Positions 11,378 to 24,685 of a DNA stretch of 64,000 bases are shown piece after piece. A program made the position numbers and the translations under genes. The stretch is from Callorhinchus milii (taxonomy: Eukaryota). The notes beneath the pieces were generated by a model, which was not told the origin of the DNA, made no database searches, and was given only the letters and a program-made list of their open reading frames with translations. The first letter of the stretch is position 1; each line of letters opens with the position of its first letter. The stretch covers positions 9,116,001-9,180,000 of the forward strand of contig NW_024704742.1 of the NCBI RefSeq assembly GCF_018977255.1, read 5' to 3'.

Positions 11378-12373
11378 GTAAGTCTGTGCTCACTCCCCAC
11401 CCACCTCCCAAAATACACAGTGTCTGTCATAGATACATATATATATATATTGATTTCAGCTCAACAAATAGTTTTGAAGGTGTTTAATTGCACTTTATAT
11501 TTCGTTTGAAGCAATGATTTGATGTTTTGTGAGGCGGCTCAGGGTTGTGTGTGTTTTTATTGCACACTTTACCCATTTCCACATCCCCATCCCCTCTGGA
11601 TAGCAGCTCAGGTGCAAGTTGCTTTGCTCCATGTTGGGAGCTGGTTGTTTGCACTGTACTTGCATGTTTCCTGGTGTGTTTGCTGTGTACAACAGTCTGC
11701 GTTTTTCTTTTTCTGTTTGGGATTTGCAAAAAAAAAGTTGTTTATCCTTGTGGTTTGGTTTAATTCTGACACTAACTCTTTGTCGTATTTGTTTGGAGGT
11801 GAAAGTAGTTTCACTTCCCAGTGGCTTTAACAAGCTTATAGCTTTTGCACAGCTCATCCTGGTCAGGTTAAGAATTGGACCAAGTTAATAATGTTTTTTT
11901 AAAAAAAACAAAGTGGAGGGCAGGCACTTTCATCTCACTTTTTTTGGGTGTTATCTCTGCTGCATTTCGGCTACCACTGTTCTCTGGAAGGGGGAAAAAA
12001 ACAACCCCAACTCAGTTTATTCGGTTTTATTTGAGTTCTTCTTAACAAATCTGCTGAAATGCAATTTTTTTCACAAGAATATCGCGGTCAGAAAGGTCAC
12101 CACGTGTGTAGTTTAAGTGCAGCAGAGTTTGCATTGCTTCCTCTGGTGCACAGTTGGGGGTTAAATGAAGCCTTGTTTTGTGTTGTGCTGTGACCCACTC
12201 TCCATGGGGAGGGGGACCTGAAATGCCAAATGTGAAGCGAGTCCATGGAAACTCTTCCACACAGGACTCAGTGAAGTAGGATTCCCACACATTGCCGACT
12301 CCGTCATTCTCAGACAAACTCATCTAACGTTTAAATTGTGAACCACTTTGTTAAAACAACAAGTGGGAACCAC

Positions 12374-12600
12374 CATTGTATACAGTCATCACCAGCGATA
12401 CATTATATATAGTCACCAATCACCAGCTATACATTATATACAGTCATCACCAGCGATACATTATATAGTCACCAATCACCAGCTATACATTATATACAGT
12501 CATCACCAACTATACATTATACAGTCATCACCAACTATACATTATACAGTCATCACCAGCTGTACATTGTATACAGTCATCACCAGCTGTACGTTATATA
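12374..12600. repeat. Minisatellite, about 8 copies of a 25-31 bp unit (CATTATATACAGTCATCACCAGCTATA)
   Basis: Direct reading of tandem units. Confidence 0.9.
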
Positions 12601-12961
12601 GAGTAAACACATTATAGAGAGTATAATATTGTATACAGTAAATACATTATATGAGGTGAAGGACTGCAGTCCCTCTCTGTTGTTTTTATTCAAATGGTAC
12701 GAGTTACTTCTGCAGAAAAAGCTATTTGTTAAAGATGAATGAAAATGTCCAAACATTGCTGTGAAGAAATAGATTGATATCACTAACAGCTGCTTTTATG
12801 GTCTGTGCAGTTGGTCAGTATTTGCTGTACAAAAAAACATAAACCGAAACAAAATAGATCTGATTGGCGACTGATGGGGAATGGTATTTTTTTTCGTTCA
12901 CGACTGGAGAAAAGCTTTACACATGTATTATTTCACAAGAGTGTTCATGTTAGAGTATAGA

Positions 12962-13330
12962 TGGGGAGGGAGAGGGGGTGGGGGGGGGGGAGAGGGGGTG
13001 GGGGGTGGGAGAGGGGGCAGGGGAGGAAGAGGGGGTAGGGGGAGGAAGAGGGGGTGGGGGGAGGAAGGGGGAGGAAGGGAGAGGGTGGGGGGGAGGGAGA
13101 GGGTGGGGGGAGGGAGAGGGGGTGGGGGGTGGGAGAGGGGCAGGGGAGAGGGAGAGGGGGTAGGGGGAGGGAGAGGGGGGGGGGGGGAGGGAGAGGGGGT
13201 GGGGGGGTGGGAGAGGGGGTAGGGGGAGGAAGAGGGGGTGGGGGGAGGAAGAGGGGGTGGGGGGGGAGGAAGAGGGGGTGGGGGGAGGAAGCGGGGGGTG
13301 GGGGGGGGGGGGGGGGGGCAGAGGGGTGAA
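12962..13330 (+). repeat. G-rich low-complexity tract, essentially G/A/T only
   Basis: Dozens of G3-G8+ runs separated by A/T, with recurring GGGGGTGGGGGGAGG(A/G)AGA units. Confidence 0.9.
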
Positions 13331-16300
13331 GGGGATACAATGCAGTAAATGCAAGCGTTTGGGGAGTTTTTTTCGCGAAGGAAAAAACCCCTCGTGTTCA
13401 ATGCTGTTGTGTGGGACTGGGAACTCTCCATCGAAAAGTGGTGCTGAACGATGTGCTTTGGCATTGCTTTGAGACATGTCGCCTTGTAAAGGTGGCGAGT
13501 ACTGATTAACGTGGTGGTGGTGGTGGGGGGACATCACTTGTATCTGCTGTGCAATGAGAGACTTGCCCTCTTGTGTTCCCTGTGCAGAGATATCATTGCA
13601 GTCTCAGTCACCCCACTCTCTGCCTCTCCTCTTATTCCCACGACTCTGAACGTGGGGAAGGTCCCTATGTGGGAGGTTTGGTTTGATATCTTCTTGCGAA
13701 TGAATTGGTGACCTGTTCACCCTGGAACATGCAGAGCTCAGCACTGCCCCCACTCTCCTTGTTGGTTGAAAAGGTGGGATGACCTTCTGTGTGATTCAGG
13801 CAAACTCGGAATTGGCTGAGGGTATTTCCCTGTGTGCAATGTTAAGAGCCTCCCACCCCCTCCCCTCCCCTCCCCTCCCCAAGCTTCAGCATTGAGAATG
13901 CTCAGCCATGATCAGGAAGCAATGCTGGTTACAGCCGCTGGCATTAAAGCGAACACGGTGGTAGCATTTTCAGATTGGCAGGGCTTGGTGCTTTCTTTTT
14001 AAAAAAGAAATACTTTATTGCTATTTAAGTAGATCGTGGTAATTGTGTGTATGCGTAATATAAATATGTATAATAATAATAATAATCCTTGCATTTGAGA
14101 CTGCGCCTTATCACGTCTTCGAGACGTCTCAAAGCGCTTCACAGGATATACTGTAAAGTGAATTGACTGTATATTTTGTGGACGATAATCTCCATTGCTC
14201 ATTTTGTCCTGTTAACAGCGTTTAACACTGCAAGTATTTTCAGCCCCTTGATGTGCAGTGAAACAATAAATACAGCTCTGTGAGGTTTAACTGTTGATAC
14301 CAAGAACGTTCGCCTGCAATGCAATTGATTGATGCTTTGTATTCTGATGCCACTGTCTGCCATGACTTGCACCTGCACCAAGGTAAACTTAATGCCGTTT
14401 CATTTAATAATCCTTGCATTTGATATAACCCTTTTCACGTCGGGAGGACGTCCCAAAGCGCTTCACAGAACACACTGTAAAGTGAATTGACTGTATATTT
14501 GTGGGCGAACGTGGCAGCCAATTGTGCACAGCAATGTCCCACAAACAGTCGTACATTTCACAGAAAATCCACGCAAAAACAGGATTAGAATAGATTGCGT
14601 TTCCATAACTGGATGCAATTGGGTAAATAAGGTAAATCCTTATCTGTTGATTTGGAGTGCAATGAATGAAGGGACAGCAATCATAAGAGAATGCAATAAA
14701 GAAAATCCTCTTTGCTAATAGTGTCTGAATTATACAAATCTGCCCAGCTCGGATTCACATTAATTACTTTATGGTTATAGGTGCATTGCCAGTTACAGCA
14801 ATGCCAAACTAACATTAAGACTTTCTGATACCACCTGAAATATAAACCACTATTCCTGATGGGCAGGACAAATATGCAGTAATATTGATAATAATAATCC
14901 TTGCATTTGAGATAGCGCCTTATCGGATTATGCCTTATCCACCTTAAGCAGATCCCTGATTGTCCAGTGCCTTGGGACGTGCTTGTGATGTGAAAGGCTG
15001 TATACAAATGTAATTTGTTGTTGTTATCACGTAGTTCAGACATCTCAAAGCGCTTCACAGAATATATTGTAAAGTGGATTCCTGTATATTTTGTGGGTGA
15101 AAAGACATACAAGAGAGAAACAAGCTGTCCACCAGCAGGAAAAGGTGGAAATAATCCTGTACAAATTGATCCCTTTGTGCCTCCTTCATTGCAGATCTCC
15201 ACCCTGTGAGCCTGGGAATGAATGTCTATACCTGTTGTACTGGTTTGGTGATAAACAGTATTGGGGGTCCGGTTGACCCCCATTCCTTCAACAAAAACAT
15301 GTCTAGTTCAAACATGTCTCTGGGGGAGAGAGAGAGATGGAGAGAGAGAGAAATACAGTTGAAGAAACCCAGAGGGGCTCTCTTTAACTGTTGATGCCAA
15401 GATGTCACACTTTTTGTTTGTTACAGTGACTGTTCATTCCTCGTTGCTCTTCTGTCATAGTGCATCTTTCTCTCACATTGTTTTCTTTGTGTTGTAGAGG
15501 GAACCGATTTTGTGTTCTGTGTGTGTTTCTTTTAATAGTGGAATAGCCTAAATTTATTTCCCCCGTGGAAGAACCCATTTCCTCGGTTATTATACCTACA
15601 ACTTGAAACGCGAGAATCCTCCAGGGGGTATTTTTCCAGGGATAATACTTTCAAAAAAATAATAAAAATAATTTGGTCACTTCAATCCATGACTCTTTGT
15701 GGGACACTTCTTTCGCAATTGGCTGCCGCATTTCAACAACAAAATATATAGTTAATTCACTTTACAGTATATTCTGTGAAGCATTTTGGACGTCTGGAAG
15801 ACATGATAAGGTGCTATATCAAATGCAAGAATTATTATTATTATTTATTTGGGGATTCTGAGCTCATTTAAACAACATTCCCCGGTATTGTTTTTAGTTG
15901 TTCCTATTCGTCTTGTTATTGAAAGTTGCTTCTCTACATCTTCAAAATGGCATTGAACGGCCTCTTGTAGCTATTTAATACAATTCAAATGTTGACAATT
16001 ATTTATCCAAGAAATAAGCTTGTTCATATTAATTACTTCAATTTCCCCCTGTCTACAAGGACGGTAGCTGGTGGATAGATGTTTGTTAGGTAAGGGTATT
16101 GAAGGATACGGGGCAAAGGAGACTAACTGAACCTGAGGTGCAGATCAGACATGATCTTATAGAATGGTAGAACAGGCTCGAGGGGCTGAATGGCCTACTC
16201 CTGTTTTTATGTTTCTATGCTTCCATGTTTCTAAGCGCTCCAGGATGCTACCCACATGAAGAACATTATATAAATGCAAGTTGTTGTTGTTCTATCCACT

Positions 16301-16639
16301 ATGAAATCTCACTGTTAGATTCACTGCTGCGAGAAGTCAGGCCATCAAAACAGGACTGGGCGGACAGGCAGCTGAGGAATGTAACCAGGTTGCAACAAAA
16401 TAAAATGCTGCTTTTCAACGGTGGGTTCAAAGGCAAATACTTGAAACGGTTAACATACGGCTTTCAGGTGGTTTACACAGGAACGATTTGCATAGAGAAG
16501 TTACTGTTATAATTTTCTCTCTTTTTCTACTCTTTTGATCGTGCTTACAGTCACCTCCCCCCTCCCTCTCCCCCTGGGTTGGGGTCAGACTGTCAAACAC
16601 TGTGTTGTTGCTGTTCTTAATCCAACAAACTACAATAAG

Positions 16640-17155
16640 AACTTCTATTTATATAGAGCCCTTTATGCCAGACGGCGTCTCAGAGCACTTAAATGTGGTG
16701 GAGTGGAATGCTGGGCCGGGGGGAAGGGGAAAGTGACATAGTCATAGAGGAAGGTCTGTAAGTGCGACCTGAAAATGGAGAGAGTGGGCAAAGCTGAGGG
16801 ATTGAGGGAGAGAGTTCTACAGCTTTGGGGCCTAGTCGCTGAAAGCACGGCCGCCGATGGTGGGGAGGAGGGTCCGGGGGCCAATGAGGAGACTGGAGCC
16901 AGTCGAGCGGTGGCAGCGGGTAGTGGTGTAGGTAGAGAGCAGGTTGGGGAGATGGAGGGAGGTAGGGGGTGGCGGGGTGGGGGGGCATGAAGGGATTTAA
17001 ATACAAGAGTGAGGATCTTGAAATCGATCTGCTCTGTGACAGGAGCCAATGGAGTTTGACAAGGACTGGGGTAATGGAGTTTTGAATTAGTTAAATTTTG
17101 TGAATAGTGGAGCAGGGGAGATCAGCGAGGAGGGCATTTTAGTAGTTGAGTGTCA
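16640..17155 (-). mobile_element. L2 LINE 3' fragment with tail
   Basis: IDFKILTLVFKSLH motif of the L2 ORF2 C-terminus, plus a stem-loop tail at about 16655-16690. Confidence 0.8.
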
Positions 17156-17161
17156 ATTTTA

Positions 17162-17540
17162 CATAGAATCATAGAATTATACAGCACAGAAGGAGGCTAT
17201 TCAGCCCATTGTGTCCTTGCTGACTCTTTGAAAGAGCTACCCAAATTAATCCCACTTCCCCGGACTCTCCCCATTTGTCCTCTCCAGATATCTATACACT
17301 TCTCTCTTGAAAATTGTTACTGAATCTGCTTCCACCCACCCTTTCAAGCAATGCATTCCCGATCTGAACAACTTGCTTTGTGAAAAAAATTCTCCTTATC
17401 TCCCCTCTGGTTCTTTTGACCACTATCTTACATCTGTATCCTCTGGTTACCGACCTACCCGCCAGTGGAAACAGTTCCTCCCTGTTCACCCTGGTCAAAT
17501 CTCCTCATAATTTTGAACACCTCTATTAAATCTCCCCTCG
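17162..17540 (-). mobile_element. CR1 LINE 3' fragment
   Basis: RGDLIEVFKIM, LFPLAGRSVTRG, FFTKQVVQIGNAL; (ATTCTATG)n CR1 tail on the minus strand. Confidence 0.9.
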
Positions 17541-17819
17541 TCTGGTCTAATCTAGAACTATAGTCCAGAACTGGAACTGTGATCTTGGGGCTTCTGGCTA
17601 CCTCAGTGTGTGTGTTTTCCCTCGTGCAAAGTCTTATTAATGAATGAGAATGATTGTTATTTAGCATGGTTTACCAATGAACGATAAGAGATTGGCTATG
17701 GTAGAAATGTATGACACTGCAAGAAGCTATTGGGCCCCTTTTGTGTGTGTATGTGTGTGTGTTCATCTAAGAAGTCATCCAACCTATTCCCAGTTCCCTC
17801 ATCCAATTTTTAAACACAA

Positions 17820-18070
17820 CTTGTAAAGACTGCTTTCACAGCCTCCCTTGGCAAATAATTCCATACCCTACCAACCCTCTGGGAAAAGTTCTTCCAAAAA
17901 GTAGAAAGTAGAAAGTGTTTTACCATGATTAATTCTTTCAAACACTTTTTATTATCTTGAAACACCTCTATCATATCACCTTCTAATCCTTTCTGCACCA
18001 GCAGGAAGAGCCCTAAGCTCTCTAGGCTCTCCTCACAGCTACATCCTTTCATCTCTGGTATCATCCTAGT
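17820..18070 (-). mobile_element. Older CR1 LINE fragment
   Basis: LESLGLFLL..GDMIEVF and FSQRVGRVWNYLP. Confidence 0.75.
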
Positions 18071-18871
18071 CGATTGGCAGATCGCTTTTCTGGGGGTAAT
18101 AATTCCTTCAAAAAAAATATAATAAATTGGTCACTTCAATCCACGACTGTTTGTGAGACACTGCTGTGCACAATTGGCTGCTGCGTTTCACCCAAGGATT
18201 ATTGCTATTATTTTTATCATCCTATGTGGCATCTTCTCCAAAGCTTCAATAGTGCCCAGTGGGTTGAGTTCAGGATCCTTTTCCTGACCTTCAAATCCCT
18301 CCATGAACTTACCCTACATGACCTCTTTGACCTCCTCAAACTGCACTGATATGCTTGCTTCCCTTGCTTGATGGGCACTGGCCTGCTTCATGTCCACTGG
18401 GCAATATTAGAGCTGCCCTCTCCTCTCTCAAGGTCAAGACCGATCCTTTGGTTATCTTTCCCTCTCCACCCCAGCTCAGGTGCCAAGCAACGACTGTCAA
18501 GTAACTTGGGACATCCTCCCGATGTGAAAGGTACTGCACAAATATAAATTTGTATTGTGTCTCTCTTATAATATAGCCCAAAGTGGTACTTGATATTTTA
18601 GCTGCAGTCTCAGCAATGTCTTTTACAGATTCATGACAACTTGAGTAGAATGGCTCTATAAAACCCAGAACCTTGTTTGCTCTTTTAATGGCCTTGTCTT
18701 CCTATACTTCCACTTTTAACAAAATATATACCCTGAGATCCCTCTGTTCCTCCACTGCGTTGAGAATTCTACCATTCTGATGTCAATATGGCTCACTTGG
18801 TAGCACTCACTCTCAACCTCTGCATCAGAAGGTTATGGGTTTGAGCCTCATGTTGTGATGTTGAACCTTGT

Positions 18872-19250
18872 GGAGCCCTGTAGTTTAGTAGTTAGACAAA
18901 TCACCTTGTAACCGAGAGGACCTGGGTTTTTGATTCCCAGGCAGGGCGAAACAAGTCTCCTTACTTCATGTGCCTCTGTTTACCTAGCAAGTGGGAACTT
19001 GGTTGTCAGTCAATTGGTGGATGGCATTTCCAGGGGTTATAATCCCTTCAAAAATAATAATAATAATAATTTGGGCACTCAATTTATGACTGCTTGTGGA
19101 ACACTGCTCAGCACAATTGACTGCTGCATTTTGCCCACAAAATATGCAGTCAGTACGCTTTATAGTATATCCTATGAAGTGCTTTGAGAGGTCCCAAAAA
19201 CGTGATAAAGTGCTATATCAAATGCAAGGATCATTATTATTATTATTATT
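18872..19250 (+). mobile_element. tRNA-Ala-derived SINE, long subfamily, nested in an older Deu-SINE
   Basis: Full body. A Deu-SINE head lies at about 18782-18870 and its continuation (GGAGGTGCTGTCCTTCGGA) at about 19285-19310. Confidence 0.8.
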
Positions 19251-19658
19251 GAACTCTAGCCTGATGTTTTAATATCGCTGTATTGTTGGAGGTGCTGTCC
19301 TTCGGAGGAGAAAGGCACTGCTGGCTGGAGAGCTGAGCTGGTGATGGGAGCTGAGGGGCATGGACAGTTGAAAGCACTGCCAAAGAAGTACATTTTGAGG
19401 CGGGCCTTGAAGGAGTGGAGTGATTGAGTTGCAGGGACTCCAGATGAGGTTCCCGAGAGCAGGGGCAGAATGTTTGAAAGTCTGCCATTGGTGGGGCGGA
19501 TCTAGCAGAGCTCATGAAACAGGCCAGTGTTTGCTGAGCAAGGGAAGCAACTAGGTCAGTGTTTGAAAGAGGTCACAGAGGGAAGGAGGCAGGGATGGAC
19601 GTAGAAGATTAGATTTATGAAGTAGCTTTTCCTTTATTGGTTTGTTTTTGTAGAATCT

Positions 19659-19916
19659 GTAGGGGAGGTGAGGAGAAATTTTTTCATGCAGCGAGTTGTT
19701 CGGATCTGGAATACATTGCCTGAAAGGATGATGGAAGCCAATTCGATAACAACTTTTAAGAGAGAAGTAGATAAATATTTGGGGAGGACAAATTTGCAGG
19801 GCTATGAAGAGAAAGTGGGGGACTGGGATTGAATTGGAAGCTCTTTTCAAAGAGCCGGCACAGACACAATGGGCCGAATGGCCTCCTTCTGTGCTGTATA
19901 ATTCTATGATTCTATG
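19659..19916 (+). mobile_element. CR1 LINE 3' end
   Basis: Ends ATGGGCCGAATGGCCTCCTTCTGTGCTGTATAATTCTATGATTCTATG. Confidence 0.9.
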
Positions 19917-20719
19917 TTGCTTTAGGTATTTTTCTTCTGTTTACCTAGCAGTAAGTAGTAACTTGGTTGTTAGTCGATTAAGGAATATTTCTTGGGGTAT
20001 AAATAATAATAATAATTTGGTCACTCACTCCACGACTATTTGTGGGACACTGCTGTGCACAATTGGCTACTGCGTTTCGCCCACAAAATACGCTGTCAAT
20101 TCCCTTTACGGTATATTCTGTGAAGTGGTTTGTGATGTCTCGGAGATGTGATGAGGCTCTATATCAAATGCAAGGATTATTATTATTATTGAACCCATAA
20201 CCTTCTACCAAAGTAGAAAAATATTGTTATTCAAGGTTATTAATCACTTATCCCCTATCTCTTCTTATTTTGTGCAATGGTGGATTTTTGCATGCTATGA
20301 AATTTGTGGTCGTTGTTTTGAATGAGTAAACGCTGCTGATTCTGAAAATGAATAAGCAATTGTCTCACGGACTAGTTTGCTAATGCTATAATGTACATCT
20401 CTGAAATGAATACAAAGTTAAAGCCATGATGGATTCGTACCGTTTTTGTATGAGAGATATGATTAATGTGATAGCAATAGTTGATGATGGCTCAAATTAC
20501 ACCTTCTATATGAAATATTAGCTGAAGCAACCTCAGGAAGCATTAACCATGAAGCTATTCAGTCTATCCTGAATATTACAATAATAATTTGTGCTACTCC
20601 CAACTTCTCACATTTTCATTAAGAAAAATATTTTAATCATTAATGTCTATTTCTACCTCCAGATCATGATATTGCCTCAGAGAAACACACTGAATGTCCT
20701 ACTTAACCAACCGCCTGAG

Positions 20720-21738
20720 CAAATGGTCATCTGCGGGATACCCAAGGGCTCCATCCTTGGCCTCTTCTTTTCCTTATCTATATGCTCCCTCTAGTTAATG
20801 TCATCCGCAGACACGAGGTAAACTTCCACATGTATGCAGATGACACACAAATCTACTTTGCTCCTCCAGTACCAACTTCAGGTCCGCCTATGTTCTATCA
20901 GTTAATTTTCTATCTGGCAGACATCAGGGCCTGGATGAGTGCAATCTTCCTGCAGCTGAATGTGGAAGCCATGCTGCTTGGCTCTGGTCTATGTCTTCAC
21001 TCCTGTGGATCTAAACTCCTCAACCTCCCTGGGTTCTCCCTCAGACTCACCGAACCAGTGGGCAACCTAGGCATCCGGTTCGACCTGCAGCTGTCCTTCC
21101 TCCCCCACATCCGATCACTGACCACCTTCTTCCACCTCCAACACATTGCCTGTGTCCGGGCGTACCTTATACCAAATGCAGCCAAAATCCTCGTGCACGC
21201 ATTTGTCATCTCCCGCTTGGATTACTCCAACTCACTCTTCGCCGGTCTCCCCAGCTCCACCATTCACAAGATCAGCTCATTCAAAACTCTGCTGCCCACA
21301 TACTGACCTGGACCAAACTCCGTACCCACATTTCATCAGTTCTGGCCCAGGCTCCACTGGCTCCCCATCATCAAAATCCTCACTCTCGTGTTCAAATCCA
21401 TTTACTTTTTGGTACCTCACTACCTCTCCAACCTCCTCACTCTCCAATCCTTCACCCGGCGCCTCCGCTCGACTGGCACCGGCGTCCTGCTTGTTCCTCA
21501 TGCCCTCCGCTCCACCATTGAAGATCGAGCATTCAGCCACTGTGCCCTGAAACACTGGAACACTGTCCCTCAACCCCCCTGCCTTGCCCCCTCTCTCCCA
21601 TTTTTCAAGTCTGCCTGAAAACCTTCCTCTTTGACCGTGCTTACTGTCACCTCACCGCCCAACGTCTCGGAGTTAGGCTCTGCCATTGTCAAGCACTCTA
21701 AAATACTACCTTGGGTGGAGTGCAAGTTGATGTCGTTG
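20720..21738 (+). mobile_element. L2 LINE, 5'-truncated, from RT core to 3' end, frameshifted
   Basis: [53 protein letters not shown], and DRAFSHCALKHWN. Confidence 0.92.
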
Positions 21739-23004
21739 AATTTACATTCTGACCCAGCGGTAGGAGGAATTGTACAACTTTTGGAGTGTCTTGAGCTTTG
21801 AAGATGAAATCTGAGGAATAATAAGGGAGAGAAAGAAATATGAAACGTTCAAAGATCAAGTGTGGTCATGGTTTGATTAGCTGATGTTACTCAATAACTA
21901 CTGAATGTTTGTTTGGTCACTTGAGTAATGTACGTCAGTGCTGTATGAGGCAGTAAACATCCTGCGTGGTGAGTAAATGCTGAGGCCCGAGTCTGAATGG
22001 TTTGAGAGTGTATGATTCATTTATTGCCTTGTAAACACACCAACTCTGACGTATATCGATAATATGCAGCACAATTTTGTTTTTCTATCCAGCTCAACTT
22101 TTAATTTCGAAGTAAGCAAGAATGTACTTGTGGGTTGGTACTCGAGAACAATGCATCATTCCTGAAGGGTTAATTCATTAGAAAACAGACTTTTAAACCT
22201 AAACGTTTTAATTTTGGCAGCAGATTCTTTCTGGTTTCTGTTGTAGTTTTCTCACAATTTTATTTGCTCTCTTTTCTCTCTTGGTATTATCTAGACACAG
22301 ACACAGATTCGATTCCCAAGGTAGGGTGAAACATTAGGCACGTTTGCTTATTCTACACTCTTCTGTTTACCTAGTAGTAAGTAGGAACCCGGTTGTTAGT
22401 CGATTGGCAGATTAGGCATAATGGGGGAATCGATTAGTGGAGGGGTTGGGGGGGCGGTTCTGATTTAACGTAAAACCTCGTTTAAAATAATTTTGGGGGC
22501 TTAAACAGGAAGGCGGGAGGATAGGCAGTGATTAGCTATTTTAGCTGCCACTCATTGGGGTGCGCAGAATCTGGCCAATGATTGGCTGGTCTGATGTCAG
22601 GCGCTGGGGTGGTGAGTATTGGGGCACCCAGAAATATTCCCATTTTCCCATCTAGTCAGTCTGCCCCCACCAGTCTCTCAGACTAATAAATAAAAATAGC
22701 TTCTCTGATAATCCCCTTGCTATATCATGCTTTTTGCAATGGGCTTGGACCTTGTTAAACAACAATTTTCAATTGTAAAGTGGTCTTTCATGAAGGAAGA
22801 ACATTTCGGAGCAGGTTGCTTGTTGCAAATGATACAATATATAATGGTTGAAATGATGTTTCTAAACCACTTGAGCGTTGTTCTAATATTTGCTCTTCGT
22901 CCCGTAATTTACAAGACGTGTTCCAGATTGTACATTATTTACACCTGGAAATATTTCCGTGCGTCTCTGCATCCCAAATTGTAATTCTCATTTTCTCTCT
23001 ATAC

Positions 23005-23263
23005 TTTTTTGCCTCTCTGCCTTCACCCTCTGGAACTCCATCCCGCAGTCCCTCCGCCTCGCCCTCTCCCTTGCATTCTTCAAGACATATCTCAAGACCC
23101 TACTTTTCGACCGTGCCTTTGTTCACCCTCCTCCCCCTACCCTCCCCGCTCTCCACCCCTCCTGATCCCAACCATCAGCTCGGGTGCAGATCCCTGACTG
23201 TCCAATGCCTTGGGATGTCCTCCTGATGTGAAAGGTGCTATACAAATGTCATTTGTTGTTGTT
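23005..23263 (+). mobile_element. L2 LINE 3' end
   Basis: LWNSIPQSLRLA..FKTYLKTLLF followed by the tail and (GTT)n. Confidence 0.85.
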
Positions 23264-23570
23264 GATAATAATCCTTGGATTTGATATAGCTCCTTATCAC
23301 TTCTTCTAGACATCTCAAAGCGCTTCACAGAATATACTGTAAAGTGAATTGACTATATATTTGTGGGCGAAACGCAGCAGCGAATTGCGCACAGCAGTGT
23401 CCCACAAACAGTCGCGGATTGAAGTGACCAATTTATTATTTTTTTTCTTGAGGGATTATTATCAGGCGTGTGGAGTAAGGAAACTTGCCCAAGGTTTTGC
23501 CCTGCTGGTAATTGAACCCAGGTTTCTCGCTTGTGAGGTGAGTGCTCTAACCATTGAGCTACAGAGCACC
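23264..23570 (-). mobile_element. tRNA-Ala-derived SINE, short subfamily
   Basis: Junction CTCCACACGCCT|GATAATAATCCC on the minus strand lacks the ~63-bp internal block. Confidence 0.9.
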
Positions 23571-24324
23571 ACAATAGAAGCTAGAGAAGGCAAAATCTTA
23601 GAGAAACTTGTTATCCTACATCAGTCTTATTGACTCACTCAAAGTAATACATAATAGATTATATTTAGTGAAATTACTTTACCTTTTCACAACGGAATGC
23701 TTCAGACATGTTCAGTTTCTCAAATTTGTCCCTGTGCACTTATGTCTCCACTACAATATTACATATTTAATGTCATGACATTTATACTTTAAACTTTACA
23801 TTATTTATATTTATAAGTGCACAGATCCGAATCTATAAGACTAACCTGAGGGAGGAGAATGACAAATTGTCCACGCCAACAAATGCCATGCAAGGGGCAC
23901 ACTGAACAGCAATTATTAATAAAAATCCTTGAATTTGATGTAGCACCTTTTGTGTCAGGAGGATATTTCAAAGTGCTTCACAGGATTTATTGCAAAGTGT
24001 CGTGACTGAGTGTTTGGTAGTTGATCGCCTATTTGGGGGATTTGCAGCTGGGTTTTCATTTCCTTCTGATTACTTTCAAAAGCACTTTGGACGTAATTGA
24101 AACAAATCAAAGGGTTTTTAAGAAGCGCTTCATGCACTATTGGCACGGTATGTGATAGCTAAGCGGAGGCTAGGCACCTGTCCAGAATTGAGGAAATTCC
24201 AAGTGCAATAAAAATCTTTTTTGACTTCTCTTGTACATCTCCTGACAGCCTCATTATATTAGAGGCATTGTTACAATAAATATGGGGAGCCATATTGACG
24301 CTACCCATGCTGGCGCCTCATCAC

Positions 24325-24685
24325 CAAACGGGTCATTTCAAGATCCTCAAACTTGTTTTGAAATCCCTTTATGCCCTGGCACCTCCCTACCTTTCCGACC
24401 TGCTTACCCCAATCTAAAACCAACTGGCTCTGGCCTTCTGCATGTCCCTCCTGCCTTCCGTTCCACCTTCAGTCACTACTCCGTGAAACTCTGGAACACT
24501 CTTCCTCTATCCCTCCGTCTTGCCTCTTCCTTCCCCATCTTCAGGTCGGGCCTGAAGAACTTTGACCGTGCCTCCGTTCACCTCCATCTCCCCTCGGCTC
24601 GGAGTCATGTTCTGCCACAGGAAGTGCTCTGGGGCGCTACCCTGCATGAGGGGCGCTATATGAATGCAAGTTGTTGTTGTTGTTT
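24325..24685 (+). mobile_element. L2 LINE 3' end, tail type B
   Basis: FSHYSVKLWNTLP, ending GAGGGGCGCTATATGAATGCAAGTTGTTG. Confidence 0.75.

Noticed and set aside
10788..11430. Antisense ORFs over the neuregulin exon
   Set aside because: Shadow ORFs of GC-rich, repetitive coding sequence with no recognisable homology.
11378..11487. C-terminal 36 codons of the 255-aa ORF
   Set aside because: Homology stops at LCQGC, exactly at a consensus GTAAGT donor. The remainder includes a (TA)n run and is intron read-through.
12881..13537. Poly-Pro and poly-Gly ORFs
   Set aside because: Artefacts of the G-rich low-complexity tract, open in nearly all frames.
20782..21306. Active reverse transcriptase gene
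   Set aside because: 5'-truncated and frameshifted, with no endonuclease domain; a dead L2 copy.
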